DNA of 14,769 nt from a bacterium (lineage in GTDB: Bacteria; Muiribacteriota; UBA6191). The DNA lies in assembly GCA_036339875.1 (NCBI GenBank), contig JAYZAC010000112.1:1-14769 (forward strand), read 5' to 3'. This document shows positions 1 to 8,801 of this stretch, piece after piece. The position numbers and the translations under genes were made by a program. The first letter of the stretch is position 1, and each line of letters begins with the position of its first letter. Below the pieces are notes generated by a model. That model had not been told where the DNA came from and did not search any database. It was given only the letters and a program-made list of their open reading frames with translations.

Positions 1-191
1 GGCAATTTTAATGCGTCCAATTTCTTCTGATAATCTTTGCGAGAAATAGAAGAGTTATTAGTCATTAGGCAAAAAGGTATCTGCTCTTTGATTAAATATT
101 GAAGAATTTCAATTGCGCCGGGTAGTAGTTGATCTTCCAAATATAAAGTACCATCTAGATCAAACATGTAGCCTTTAGTTATTTTTTTCAT
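1..191 (-). CDS. HAD-superfamily subfamily IIA hydrolase (NagD-like phosphatase), N-terminal part, runs off the left edge
   Basis: Not in the ORF track. Manual translation from the ATG at 191 gives MKKITKGYMFDLDGTLYLEDQLLPGAIEILQYLIKEQIPFCLMTNNSSISRKDYQKKLDALKL. It contains HAD motif I (FDLDGTL), 'LPGA' and the motif II 'TNNS' typical of IIA members. GGAG lies about 7 nt upstream of the ATG. Confidence 0.9.
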   Translation of the reverse strand, partial: MKKITKGYMFDLDGTLYLEDQLLPGAIEILQYLIKEQIPFCLMTNNSSISRKDYQKKLDALKL

Positions 192-263
192 TCATTTCTC
201 CCGAAGAATGATATTATCTCTACCTTAGAAAAGAACCAAGTATAAAATGTTCCAGTATTTTAG

Positions 264-617
264 ATGAGTCAAATAATGCATACTGAAATTAGACCTTGGG
301 GCCAGTTCACTAATATTTATGATCAAGCCCATTCGAAAGTAAAAACTATTCAAGTAAGCCCTGGTCAGAGGCTCAGCCTACAATCTCACGAAAAGCGAGC
401 CGAAACATGGGTAGTAATTCGTGGTTTAGCTATAGTGCAGTTAAATGATGATCTTTTTTCTCTAAGCGTCGGTGAGTCGATTCAAATACCCGTTGGTGCC
501 AAACATCGTTTACAGAACGGGGGTAGTGAATTACTGGAAATAATCGAAGTTCAAACCGGTACCTATTTTGGCGAAGATGATATTATCCGCTATGAAGATG
601 ACTATCAAAGAGTCTGA
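264..617 (+). CDS. Stand-alone mannose-6-phosphate isomerase type II C-terminal (cupin) domain protein
   Basis: Motifs RPWG, 'KVKTIQVSPGQRLSLQSH..RAE.WVV', 'IPVGAKHRLQN' and 'IIEVQTGTYFGEDDIIRYEDDY' match the PMI domain of ManC/AlgA-type bifunctional enzymes. No guanylyltransferase domain is present. Confidence 0.88.
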   Translation: MSQIMHTEIRPWGQFTNIYDQAHSKVKTIQVSPGQRLSLQSHEKRAETWVVIRGLAIVQLNDDLFSLSVGESIQIPVGAKHRLQNGGSELLEIIEVQTGTYFGEDDIIRYEDDYQRV

Positions 618-641
618 ATCCAATAACTAATTTTTAGAAGT

Positions 642-1061
642 TTACAGATACTGTAAATCTTTAGGTGCTAAACAGTTTGCTTGTTTGGGATGAATCCCGA
701 AAAGGCGAAGGCAGAAACTTACACAATTGCTAGATTTAGTACCGGCAAAATCAAGACGCCATCCTAACAAATGATAAAGAACATAAGCCACATTATCAAA
801 ATCTCCGTAGGTAAAATGCCAGAGCTTTTTCATGCGCTTTTTGGCCGTCTTTTCTACTACGAAACAATCGGTGACTAAAATCTTGTTAACACTAAGGTAA
901 CTCACTCGATCAATGACTCTAAGCCCAGGACGATCAAGATCAAGAAAATTACCGTCGGACATTTGTATAGAAACATGATTCCATTCACTACCTGTAAACC
1001 AACAAATTAAATCGGGTATCCAACCTTGTTGACGAACCAAGCACAACTTCCACTTTTTCAT
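642..1061 (-). CDS. Putative permuted papain-like amidase/peptidase (NlpC/P60 permuted, YiiX/YaeF-like)
   Basis: 'LICWFTGSEWNHVSI' supplies the His, 'TYG' matches the usual pre-Cys Tyr region, 'SNCVSF' supplies the Cys, and the C-terminus 'LAPKDL' matches the xPxDL ending. His precedes Cys, as in permuted members. The start overlaps the upstream stop (ATGA). Confidence 0.6.
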   Translation of the reverse strand: MKKWKLCLVRQQGWIPDLICWFTGSEWNHVSIQMSDGNFLDLDRPGLRVIDRVSYLSVNKILVTDCFVVEKTAKKRMKKLWHFTYGDFDNVAYVLYHLLGWRLDFAGTKSSNCVSFCLRLFGIHPKQANCLAPKDLQYL

Positions 1062-3877
1062 TTGACCTTCGCTCTATACTCATCCCAAACCGCTTGACTT
1101 CTAACTTCATAGCCAGCCTGTTTTAGATAACGATGTGCCGACAAGTAAAACCTTTCTGCTTGGGAGTTATTGCCCTTATTCAATGCCTCTCTAGCTAATT
1201 TTAAGCTATGTGTAGCAATACGTTCAAATTTTTCTTTTTCATCCTGAGTTTCTTGCTGTAATTCTTCAAGAATACGAAAACGCCGAAATAAAACTTCTAC
1301 ACAAAGTAAAAAAATAGCAATTCCCAAAAAAAAGAGTGAGAAAGATGTGATCTTTATCTGTTCACGATCTTTATACTTTTCAAAAATTGAAAATAAATTA
1401 GCATTTTTAGAAAGCAACCTACCTTCGTCCATTCTTCTTAAGATATTAGCAAAATCTTTGTTTGAACTCTTGAAGCCCAATTCTAAAGAATCATTGATCT
1501 TAAATCTAATCTCTCTATTACTCGATAAAGCTTTTTTCTTGTGTTTAATCTCGTACAAAAAATTATAGTCTCCACTTATTGAGATTAACGCTTGAGCTAC
1601 GTAATGCCCTTCTCCCATATATCTAAAAGCTAAGGACTCCTTGATTGTATTATCAAACAAATTCAAATATTTTGCTTTGATATCTAAGTTAGATATAGGC
1701 TCACCCTGATCATTAAAAGCCGTTAAACTTACGGTAATTTTATTTCCATTTACATCAAGCTTAACGTCATAAGGATCCCACCGTTTCTTTGAAAGTTTTT
1801 GAAAAGCACTCGACATCAATTTTCGTAAAACCGGATGCGTGATCCATTCGGCACTCCAAAATCCAGATAAATCCGGAGTCCAAGCAAGACTATGGCCTAG
1901 ACCAAAATTCCAAATTGCAAAAATAGGATCACCAACTTCAGATGCAATCACAATTTGTCCTCTGTCTTTTGGCGAGGTAGCAGTATAGCCTAACAGGTCG
2001 GGAAGGTTTATCGGCTCCGGTCTAATAAATCTTTGATTAGGAACCCAGCGTGTACCAATACGCTGCTGCACTAATGGAGGACCAAATACATCATCCACAG
2101 CTTTTTTGAATATCTCAGATAATGAATTTACATTTGCAGAACTATAGAATTTTCCACCAGTAATCTTAGCGATATCCATTAAATTAGGACGATTAGCTTC
2201 TTCACCAAACGCAATCGAAGTTACCCTAATATTATCTTCTTTCAACTGACGCAACGCCTCCGGGACATCATTCCAATCAGACGGAGAACCATCAGATAAG
2301 AAAATAAAATCAACTCTGGTGTAGTTACGATTTAATAGTAAAGATGAGGCACCATTCAGTGCAGGATAAAATTTTGTTCCTCCTCCGGCTCTTATATTAT
2401 CAATACCCTGTGCAAACCATTGCATATTTTCATCGGTAACCTTTTGTATTGGAACCGCAAGCGAAGCCGAAGTATTAAAATTAACAACCCCAACATCAAT
2501 CCCTCGCATTTCTTTAATAATTTGCTTAGCAGCATTTTTTGCTACCCATATCGGTATTTGGGAGGAATCTGCTGTTTGAAGATACTTTTGTAACTCATGT
2601 GGGTTATTCCATACACTTTTGGAGTCTGCTAGCATAGACCCTGAGGAATCGATTATGAAAACTACCGCAAAAGATTTACGGTATGATCTGGGCGGCATAT
2701 AAACAGGAAGTGCCTCCTCAATAGGGCTATCATAATACCCACCTTGCCCAAAAGAGTTCATTCCTCCAAGCATAGCCAGCCCACCGCCCTCAAATACAAA
2801 GCGCTTCAAATTCGATTGAGTTCGACTACTTAATCTCTTAGATTTAACATTATCTATTAAAACAAAACTATAAGAATTAAAGTCTTCATTTTTTGACAGA
2901 TTCTCTGGAACTCGGAACTCGTAATTAAATCCAACATCCTTTAGAAGATTTTGCAAAGAAAGATTTTTTTGATCTCCAATGATCAAAGTCGTCTTAGGCT
3001 GATAAAACTGAACTCGATGCTCGAATACTGAATCGAAAGTATCCTTCTCAACCTTTGACTTCAGCTTAAGCTGGAAAACTCCAGAACCTAGTTGATCTGA
3101 TTTCTGATCGAATTCTACAAAAGAATAACCTTTATCGACTCTAAGATTCCGAGTCTCCGATAAAATACCATCTCTACGCAATTCAAGAGAAATATCAGAA
3201 GTTTCAGAACTATGAATTAGACATCTAAGCTTGAAATTACGATTCTTCAAAACTTTTGAGGGACCATCAAAACTTTTCATTCGCACAATTCGAGACTTTC
3301 TTACAGGTAAAGCTCCCCAATAAAGTGAGCGATTTACCAAGCTATTAAAAGAATTTGGATGCTCTGTCTCATTACCATCACTCAATAAAATTACGATTGG
3401 ATAATCCAAATCATCTAGTAGACTTTCTAATTCTGCGACGCCTTCGTAAATTCGCGAGAAGCTGACAGGTTTATCTTTCAAAGAATCAAAAAGTTCATCA
3501 ATATTTTTATAAGTATTTAATGATTTTCCAAGCTTGAAGTAAGTTATTTTTCTTGGTAGTTGGACTTCAGAATTATTCAACTGATTGCGCCAATTTTGAA
3601 GCCATGATTTTACAGCATCAGGATCCACTGATGACGATCCATCATAACCAACAAAATAATGAGGACCCCCTGTGATCTTACGGGAGATCATAGAGGGGTC
3701 ACTTATGGCTAAGACTAATAAAACTAGAAGTAAACCACGCATCATACCTAAACCGAGCAAAACAGGTTTGCGGGGACCTTTTAGTTTTTTCCATAAAAAT
3801 AATACACTGCTAGGTACAAGAATTAGAAGCCAGAGAGCTTCAGGATTCGCAACATATAAACTCTCCCAAAAATTCAT
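1058..3877 (-). CDS. Membrane-anchored protein with two VWA domains and a class I glutamine amidotransferase-like (DUF1355-like) domain
   Basis: N-terminal TM pair ('NPEALWLLILVP', 'RGLLLVLLVLAISDP'). VWA1 has DGSSS...LLSDGNET. The GATase-like part has 'FVFEGGGLAMLGGMNSFGQGGY..SPIEEALPV' and later 'GDPIFAIWNFGLGHSLAWT'. VWA2 has IDSSGSM...GGGT...FLSDG. There is a C-terminal TM. Confidence 0.85.
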   Translation of the reverse strand: MNFWESLYVANPEALWLLILVPSSVLFLWKKLKGPRKPVLLGLGMMRGLLLVLLVLAISDPSMISRKITGGPHYFVGYDGSSSVDPDAVKSWLQNWRNQLNNSEVQLPRKITYFKLGKSLNTYKNIDELFDSLKDKPVSFSRIYEGVAELESLLDDLDYPIVILLSDGNETEHPNSFNSLVNRSLYWGALPVRKSRIVRMKSFDGPSKVLKNRNFKLRCLIHSSETSDISLELRRDGILSETRNLRVDKGYSFVEFDQKSDQLGSGVFQLKLKSKVEKDTFDSVFEHRVQFYQPKTTLIIGDQKNLSLQNLLKDVGFNYEFRVPENLSKNEDFNSYSFVLIDNVKSKRLSSRTQSNLKRFVFEGGGLAMLGGMNSFGQGGYYDSPIEEALPVYMPPRSYRKSFAVVFIIDSSGSMLADSKSVWNNPHELQKYLQTADSSQIPIWVAKNAAKQIIKEMRGIDVGVVNFNTSASLAVPIQKVTDENMQWFAQGIDNIRAGGGTKFYPALNGASSLLLNRNYTRVDFIFLSDGSPSDWNDVPEALRQLKEDNIRVTSIAFGEEANRPNLMDIAKITGGKFYSSANVNSLSEIFKKAVDDVFGPPLVQQRIGTRWVPNQRFIRPEPINLPDLLGYTATSPKDRGQIVIASEVGDPIFAIWNFGLGHSLAWTPDLSGFWSAEWITHPVLRKLMSSAFQKLSKKRWDPYDVKLDVNGNKITVSLTAFNDQGEPISNLDIKAKYLNLFDNTIKESLAFRYMGEGHYVAQALISISGDYNFLYEIKHKKKALSSNREIRFKINDSLELGFKSSNKDFANILRRMDEGRLLSKNANLFSIFEKYKDREQIKITSFSLFFLGIAIFLLCVEVLFRRFRILEELQQETQDEKEKFERIATHSLKLAREALNKGNNSQAERFYLSAHRYLKQAGYEVRSQAVWDEYRAKVK

Positions 3878-3883
3878 ATTAAA

Positions 3884-5650
3884 TTATGCTCGCCTACTGA
3901 AAAGATACCATTCGAACATCATGACAATAATCGCCAAGAAAATTAATAAACCTGTATATTGTGAATTATTAATTTTGGCAATTTCAAATGATTCTAACTC
4001 ATCTATGGTGGGAGCCTTCAGTGGCACGGCAACTGGGTTTCTATCTGCATCCTTTAATCGTGATTCGATTACTGGGAATCTCGCGAAATAATTTGATCCA
4101 TCCGAAGTTTTATAAGCTCCCTGTGAAGTAATCTCATCAAACTCAACGGAATTAATACTTTGAGGTTTTTTGGATACAACGAAGGTTTGATTTTTTATTA
4201 CGTTGCTACCTATTTCAAATATAGAATTCATTCTAAGTTCTTGCAAAATGTAACGTAAAATATTTTCCAATAAGATTGGGTAGTCAGCATTACCAATTGA
4301 ATATGAATTAAATTCAAGATTAATTACTATGCAAACAGGTAAGCTATTATGAATTAATAAACCTGGTGTACTCTTCTTCGCAAATTTTTGTTCAATTTGG
4401 ATTATCGAATCCCATTCACTATTCTCTAAAACAAGATTGAGATTTTTAGCAGCAGACAAATTACTACCCCCAACGAATCTTACCAAGGGGTGAACGGATT
4501 CAAGAATATGCGATCTGGATTCCTTAAAATCTTCTTGTATTCCTTTTCCTTCAATTACATAAACAGTAAAAGCTTGAGGTTTTGAAGGTAAACTTTTAAC
4601 ACTAATAAACGGTATTTGAAATTGCTTATTATCTATAAGAAAGCGCTTATCTGAAAGCAAAAAATCTTTAAATAATTTGGAAAATAGATCGGAATCTGAA
4701 AAATCTAAAAGAGCGATTCTAGGGATTTTAGAATCAATAAAATATTCAACCAAATTATCCTCAACCAGCAAATCGGGCTCATCAGGAAGCAGCTCAAATT
4801 TGATCGGATCAGACAACGATACTGGCTTTATTTCAAAGTCAAATTGACGACTATCATAATCTTTTAACTGAAAGGGTAGTCGTAGAGGAAGAATACCCTT
4901 CTGGGATATCAACAAAATTCCACTTCCTCCAAACGAAGTACAGCTAACTTTAATATTAAATTTTAACTTTCCATCATTTAATAAATTCGCATCTATCGAT
5001 TCAAAATATATATTTCGATTATTTTGTGCAGAAAGAAATACCTCTACTCCAAGATTGGATAAATTTAATTGTTCCTCATACTCTAAGGCATCAGTAAATA
5101 ATGAAACTTTATAACCCTTTTTAATAAAATCTTTGATGCGCTCAATCAGATAAAAAAAATTACTATTTGGTAAATGTGAGGGTTTGATACGACTGAGTTT
5201 TACTTCTAAATTGCTTCCGATATCAATTTTTTTAAGCGTAGAATTCCATTTGTAAACTTCAATATTATTATGTCTAAGCACCTTAGCATGTTTACGAACA
5301 AGTTCTAAGCTACGATTCAAACGAGTCTCAAATAATCCTGAACGAGCTATCATAGAGCCACTATTATCGATTATATAAATCTGTTTTACATATCCTATTT
5401 GTTCCTCAAAATATGGCTTACTCAAAGCAAGAAAAAGAAGAAAAAAGAAAAGCAGCTGTAACCAGAAAATTATATTATTTTTGAATTTTTCGAAGAATCC
5501 TCGATTTCTACGTTTCTGATAAACTTTTTTCCATAGATAAAGACTAGAAATCTTATGTCTTACGGGTATTGATTTAAAGAAATAAATACCAATCAAAATT
5601 GGTAACCATAGTAGAAAAATTAGGCCCAGCAAATTACTTAATACAATCAC
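3884..5650 (-). CDS. BatA N-terminal domain + VWA membrane protein
   Basis: BatA-type double TM N-terminus ('LPILIGIYFF...SSLYLW...LQLLFFFLLFLALSKPY'), MIDAS-like IIDNSGSM, and a C-terminal TM ending 'EWYLFSRR'. The GTG start overlaps the DUF58 stop (GTGA). Confidence 0.85.
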   Translation of the reverse strand: MIVLSNLLGLIFLLWLPILIGIYFFKSIPVRHKISSLYLWKKVYQKRRNRGFFEKFKNNIIFWLQLLFFFLLFLALSKPYFEEQIGYVKQIYIIDNSGSMIARSGLFETRLNRSLELVRKHAKVLRHNNIEVYKWNSTLKKIDIGSNLEVKLSRIKPSHLPNSNFFYLIERIKDFIKKGYKVSLFTDALEYEEQLNLSNLGVEVFLSAQNNRNIYFESIDANLLNDGKLKFNIKVSCTSFGGSGILLISQKGILPLRLPFQLKDYDSRQFDFEIKPVSLSDPIKFELLPDEPDLLVEDNLVEYFIDSKIPRIALLDFSDSDLFSKLFKDFLLSDKRFLIDNKQFQIPFISVKSLPSKPQAFTVYVIEGKGIQEDFKESRSHILESVHPLVRFVGGSNLSAAKNLNLVLENSEWDSIIQIEQKFAKKSTPGLLIHNSLPVCIVINLEFNSYSIGNADYPILLENILRYILQELRMNSIFEIGSNVIKNQTFVVSKKPQSINSVEFDEITSQGAYKTSDGSNYFARFPVIESRLKDADRNPVAVPLKAPTIDELESFEIAKINNSQYTGLLIFLAIIVMMFEWYLFSRRA

Positions 5651-6525
5651 AAACGCTTCCTCATGAGCCGGACGATAAAGTCTTTAAAATCGTCGTCGCT
5701 ACGAGCGTAAGAGTACTCAAGATTGTATTTCTTGCTTAAGCCTTTGACCATTCGCTTATGTTCGTCAAGAGTTTCATGGTAGAGCATGTAGTACTCATCA
5801 TCTAAAATCAATTCCATTTCTTGTTTATTTTCAATATCCTCTAGGATGGAGTTACCGTAGATTTGAGGATTTTCTTCATGGGGAGATAATATTTGTATTA
5901 ATGAAACGTCATGTCCATAGTAGGCTAATTTACGAAGACAATGATCTATTATTTTTTCATCAGTCAAAAAGTCTGAAACAAAAAAAACAAGTCCCCTAGA
6001 GCGTTCTAATTTGATAAATTCATCGATACTTTTGACTAAATCAATCTCTCCACAGGGCTCAACTTTCTCCAAAAAATTTACAAGCTGAGAATATTTCCCA
6101 GGCGAATTTACCTCAGATAGGTTCTTGGAAAGTTTATCGAAGACCGGATAAACATTTACGTGATCTTTTTGATGCAGAGCAAGAAAAGAAGCTCCGGCTA
6201 CAAATTTTAATGCAAAATTCCATTTAGAAGGTGCTCCGTACAACATTGATTGACTAGCATCCAGAAGAAAATGCACATTAAGATTTTCTTCATTATAGAA
6301 CAACTTAATGTAGAATCTATCTAAGCGGCCCCAAAGATTCCAATCAATGAAACGAATATCATCACCTGGACTATATTCTTTGTAATCCTTAAACTCTACC
6401 GAGGCACCTTTGCGCTTCGTTTTTCGATCACCAATCTTTTGACCCGCAAAATTATGCTTACTTAATAAATTAAGCTGCTTTAAACCCTTAAGAAATTCGC
6501 TACTATGTAGGTCTGGTAAACTCAC
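5647..6525 (-). CDS. DUF58 domain-containing protein (MoxR-associated, VWA-like)
   Basis: Signature 'GASVEFKDYKEYSPGDDIRFIDWN', then 'LLDASQSM' and 'VSDF'. The GTG start overlaps the upstream stop. Confidence 0.93.
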   Translation of the reverse strand: MSLPDLHSSEFLKGLKQLNLLSKHNFAGQKIGDRKTKRKGASVEFKDYKEYSPGDDIRFIDWNLWGRLDRFYIKLFYNEENLNVHFLLDASQSMLYGAPSKWNFALKFVAGASFLALHQKDHVNVYPVFDKLSKNLSEVNSPGKYSQLVNFLEKVEPCGEIDLVKSIDEFIKLERSRGLVFFVSDFLTDEKIIDHCLRKLAYYGHDVSLIQILSPHEENPQIYGNSILEDIENKQEMELILDDEYYMLYHETLDEHKRMVKGLSKKYNLEYSYARSDDDFKDFIVRLMRKRL

Positions 6526-7673
6526 TTCTTCTCTGGAGAATAAAATCTTTTGAGAATCGCCTTATAAGACTTTGGCATTCTCGGATTATTCAATACTTGC
6601 TCTAAATCATCTTTTTGTTTTTTATATAACGTATTTCGAATATCTCTTTGATCCTTAAACTTAATTTTTTCAACTAATTTTTGTCCGCCAAGATTGCCAG
6701 ATTTTCTGGAGTCTAGGCTAGCTTTAGCTCTTGACTTATTAATGTGATGCGTATGGTCCTGCCTTGAGTTTTTTAACGGATTACTTTTAAGAGAGTTATT
6801 TTTTGGAATAGTTTTTTTTTCAATATTTTCAATATTACGCTTTAGTTGTGCTTTCTTGGAAACTTCAACTTTAGATTTACTAGAATGTTCTTTATCTTTG
6901 CTTTTTTTCATACCGGCTTGATCAGATCTCTGATTTTGTGAATTCTCAGTGGAGATATTTTGTTTAGAACCCGCCTCAGAATTAGATAGTTGATTTCTAT
7001 TTTTTTTTATTTTGGAGTCCGTTAATTTATAATTAGCTTTTGAGTTCCCTTGCCTAAGAGTGGAATCCATTCCTTTAGTCTTACTCTTTAAATCTCCTAA
7101 ATTACTTTTTTTAGATGTCTCAATGGATTGCTCTGTATTTGTCTTATGAGATAAATTTAGAGGTTTAGTCGCTGAGTTTTGACCATTCAAGTTTTTATCT
7201 AAAAGTTTCGAATTAAAAGTATTTAATATTAAATACAAAAGTGTGAATCCAAAAAAAACAATAAGGAATCTGAATAAAGTCTTTTTCACCGATTGCTTCT
7301 CTTCTTTCTCAAAATCTTGATTTAAGATCTTAGTAGAAATCTTTTCAGCGCGATCATGCAGAAGTTTCAACATTAAATTTTCAGAGCTATTGGGGTGTTC
7401 TAAAACTGTAATGAACATATCTTGACCGTTTAGTTCACGGTCCAAACAAATAGCTGCCTCGTAGTAATTTCCCTTGCGTCTTCTGTAAAGAAAAATGTTG
7501 TAAATAAAGCTAATTGAAACACATACAAAAAAAATTGTGATAGCAATTTTGAAGGTATTAAATAAGAGTACGATTAAAGTAATAATGGACGTTATATATA
7601 GATGCAGATTGATATTGTGTAATACAATTTCAAAAATGCGGTGTTGCTGATATCGGCGTATGGAATTGAACAT
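6522..7673 (-). CDS. Hypothetical membrane protein with three N-terminal TM segments and a long Lys/Ser/Asn/Gln-rich low-complexity tail
   Basis: Hydrophobic segments at about aa 25-62 and 133-151. 'AAICLDRELNGQDMFITVLE' and the C-terminal 'MPKSYKAILKRFY' resemble motifs I recall from membrane proteins in MoxR/DUF58/VWA operons. Confidence 0.7.
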   Translation of the reverse strand: MFNSIRRYQQHRIFEIVLHNINLHLYITSIITLIVLLFNTFKIAITIFFVCVSISFIYNIFLYRRRKGNYYEAAICLDRELNGQDMFITVLEHPNSSENLMLKLLHDRAEKISTKILNQDFEKEEKQSVKKTLFRFLIVFFGFTLLYLILNTFNSKLLDKNLNGQNSATKPLNLSHKTNTEQSIETSKKSNLGDLKSKTKGMDSTLRQGNSKANYKLTDSKIKKNRNQLSNSEAGSKQNISTENSQNQRSDQAGMKKSKDKEHSSKSKVEVSKKAQLKRNIENIEKKTIPKNNSLKSNPLKNSRQDHTHHINKSRAKASLDSRKSGNLGGQKLVEKIKFKDQRDIRNTLYKKQKDDLEQVLNNPRMPKSYKAILKRFYSPEKK

Positions 7674-7688
7674 AATTTGAACGTGCCA

Positions 7689-7697
7689 ATTATAGCA
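7689..7697 (-). promoter_or_regulatory. Extended -10 promoter (TGcTATAAT) for the DUF58/VWA operon
   Basis: The minus strand reads ...gtgtTGcTATAATtggcacgttcaaattATG, a perfect TGnTATAAT within the 56-bp gap, ending 15 nt before the ATG at 7673. Confidence 0.7.
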
Positions 7698-7729
7698 ACA
7701 CTTACCAAGAGTGAACCATAGCTAAAGGC

Positions 7730-8794
7730 TTATACCGACGTTTCAAAGTATAAATCTATTAAAGGCTCAAAATTTTTGTTTGCAGCGAAACTTTTAGCAT
7801 AAATTTGAGAAGATTGCCTCTCTAAATTCTGCAAGAGTTTAGGGCAGTCATAAAGACTCCGTATTATTTTAGCTAACTCTTTTTCATTATGAGGGTCAGT
7901 ATATAGACCAGATTCTGAAAAGATTTGTCGCAAACCAACATGATCGCTTAGTACCACTGCTATTCCTGTTGAAAAAGCTTCTACTATAGAACTGGGTAAA
8001 CCTTCCTGATCACCAGAATGATCTATACAACTTGGATGTAGCATCAAATCAGCCCATTGGTAGTATTTAGAAAGCTCTTCTCGATCTGAAATATGGCCTA
8101 TGAATTTAACCTGATCAGATAAGTTTAATTTAGACGTTAATTCCTCAAGCTCATTTCTACAGGGACCATCTCCTATGATTTTTAGTTCTAAATCAATATC
8201 TGAAAATTTGAGATCTGCTATAGCTCTTAATACTAAAGCGTGATTCTTTTTGGGCCTAAGAGAGCTAACCATTAGTAAATTCTTCAAAGAAGAGCTGTGA
8301 CGATTACGTGATTTTAATGGATCCACCCCAACAAAATATTGCCTTATTTTTTCGGGGGAACAACCAAGTGCGATTAACTGTTCACGCATAGTTTCCGTCA
8401 TTGCTACAACCGTTTGACAATACTTAAATAGAAAATGATACAGAAAATGATTTAATCCCATATTCTTTTTGGGAAAAGAGCCAACATCGTGACCGTAGAA
8501 ACTAACAATCAGAGGCAATTTCCGAAATAAAGTCAGTATGAGAATGAGTAGTGCATTACTACCAAAATGAGCATGAATTAAATCGGGTAATTTTTTTCTG
8601 GAAAGAAAAAATAAGCGAATATATTCAAACCAACCAGAGCGAAAATCAATTGGACAAGATAACTCATTAGGGGTTTTCTTTATATATAAAAAGTCAGCTT
8701 GAATATCCTCGGAGTCTCTAAAAAGTCTCAACTGTCGTTCAATAAAAGTTTCGCATGGGCCAAGAGATTTATACTTAAAATGGAGGACATTCAT
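7730..8794 (-). CDS. Glycosyltransferase family 4 (GT-B fold; WcaL-like)
   Basis: 'PDLIHAHFG', 'PLIVSFYGHD', 'PKKN', 'IIGDGP' and the EX7E motif 'EGLPSSIVEA'. Confidence 0.92.
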   Translation of the reverse strand: MNVLHFKYKSLGPCETFIERQLRLFRDSEDIQADFLYIKKTPNELSCPIDFRSGWFEYIRLFFLSRKKLPDLIHAHFGSNALLILILTLFRKLPLIVSFYGHDVGSFPKKNMGLNHFLYHFLFKYCQTVVAMTETMREQLIALGCSPEKIRQYFVGVDPLKSRNRHSSSLKNLLMVSSLRPKKNHALVLRAIADLKFSDIDLELKIIGDGPCRNELEELTSKLNLSDQVKFIGHISDREELSKYYQWADLMLHPSCIDHSGDQEGLPSSIVEAFSTGIAVVLSDHVGLRQIFSESGLYTDPHNEKELAKIIRSLYDCPKLLQNLERQSSQIYAKSFAANKNFEPLIDLYFETSV

Positions 8795-8801
8795 TGGCAG
8801 A

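Noticed and set aside
1347..1568. 73-aa + strand ORF
   Set aside because: Antisense shadow inside the well-supported VWA gene, with no motifs.
3672..4091. 139-aa + strand ORF
   Set aside because: Antisense across two supported minus-strand genes, with no recognisable features.
6600..7200. A/T runs and low complexity as a possible repeat array or slippage site
   Set aside because: No periodic unit was seen. The runs reflect Lys/Asn codons within an intact reading frame.
7676..7707. Sigma54-like TGGCACG and TTGC elements on the minus strand
   Set aside because: Order and spacing do not give GG-N10-GC. The extended -10 explains the region better.
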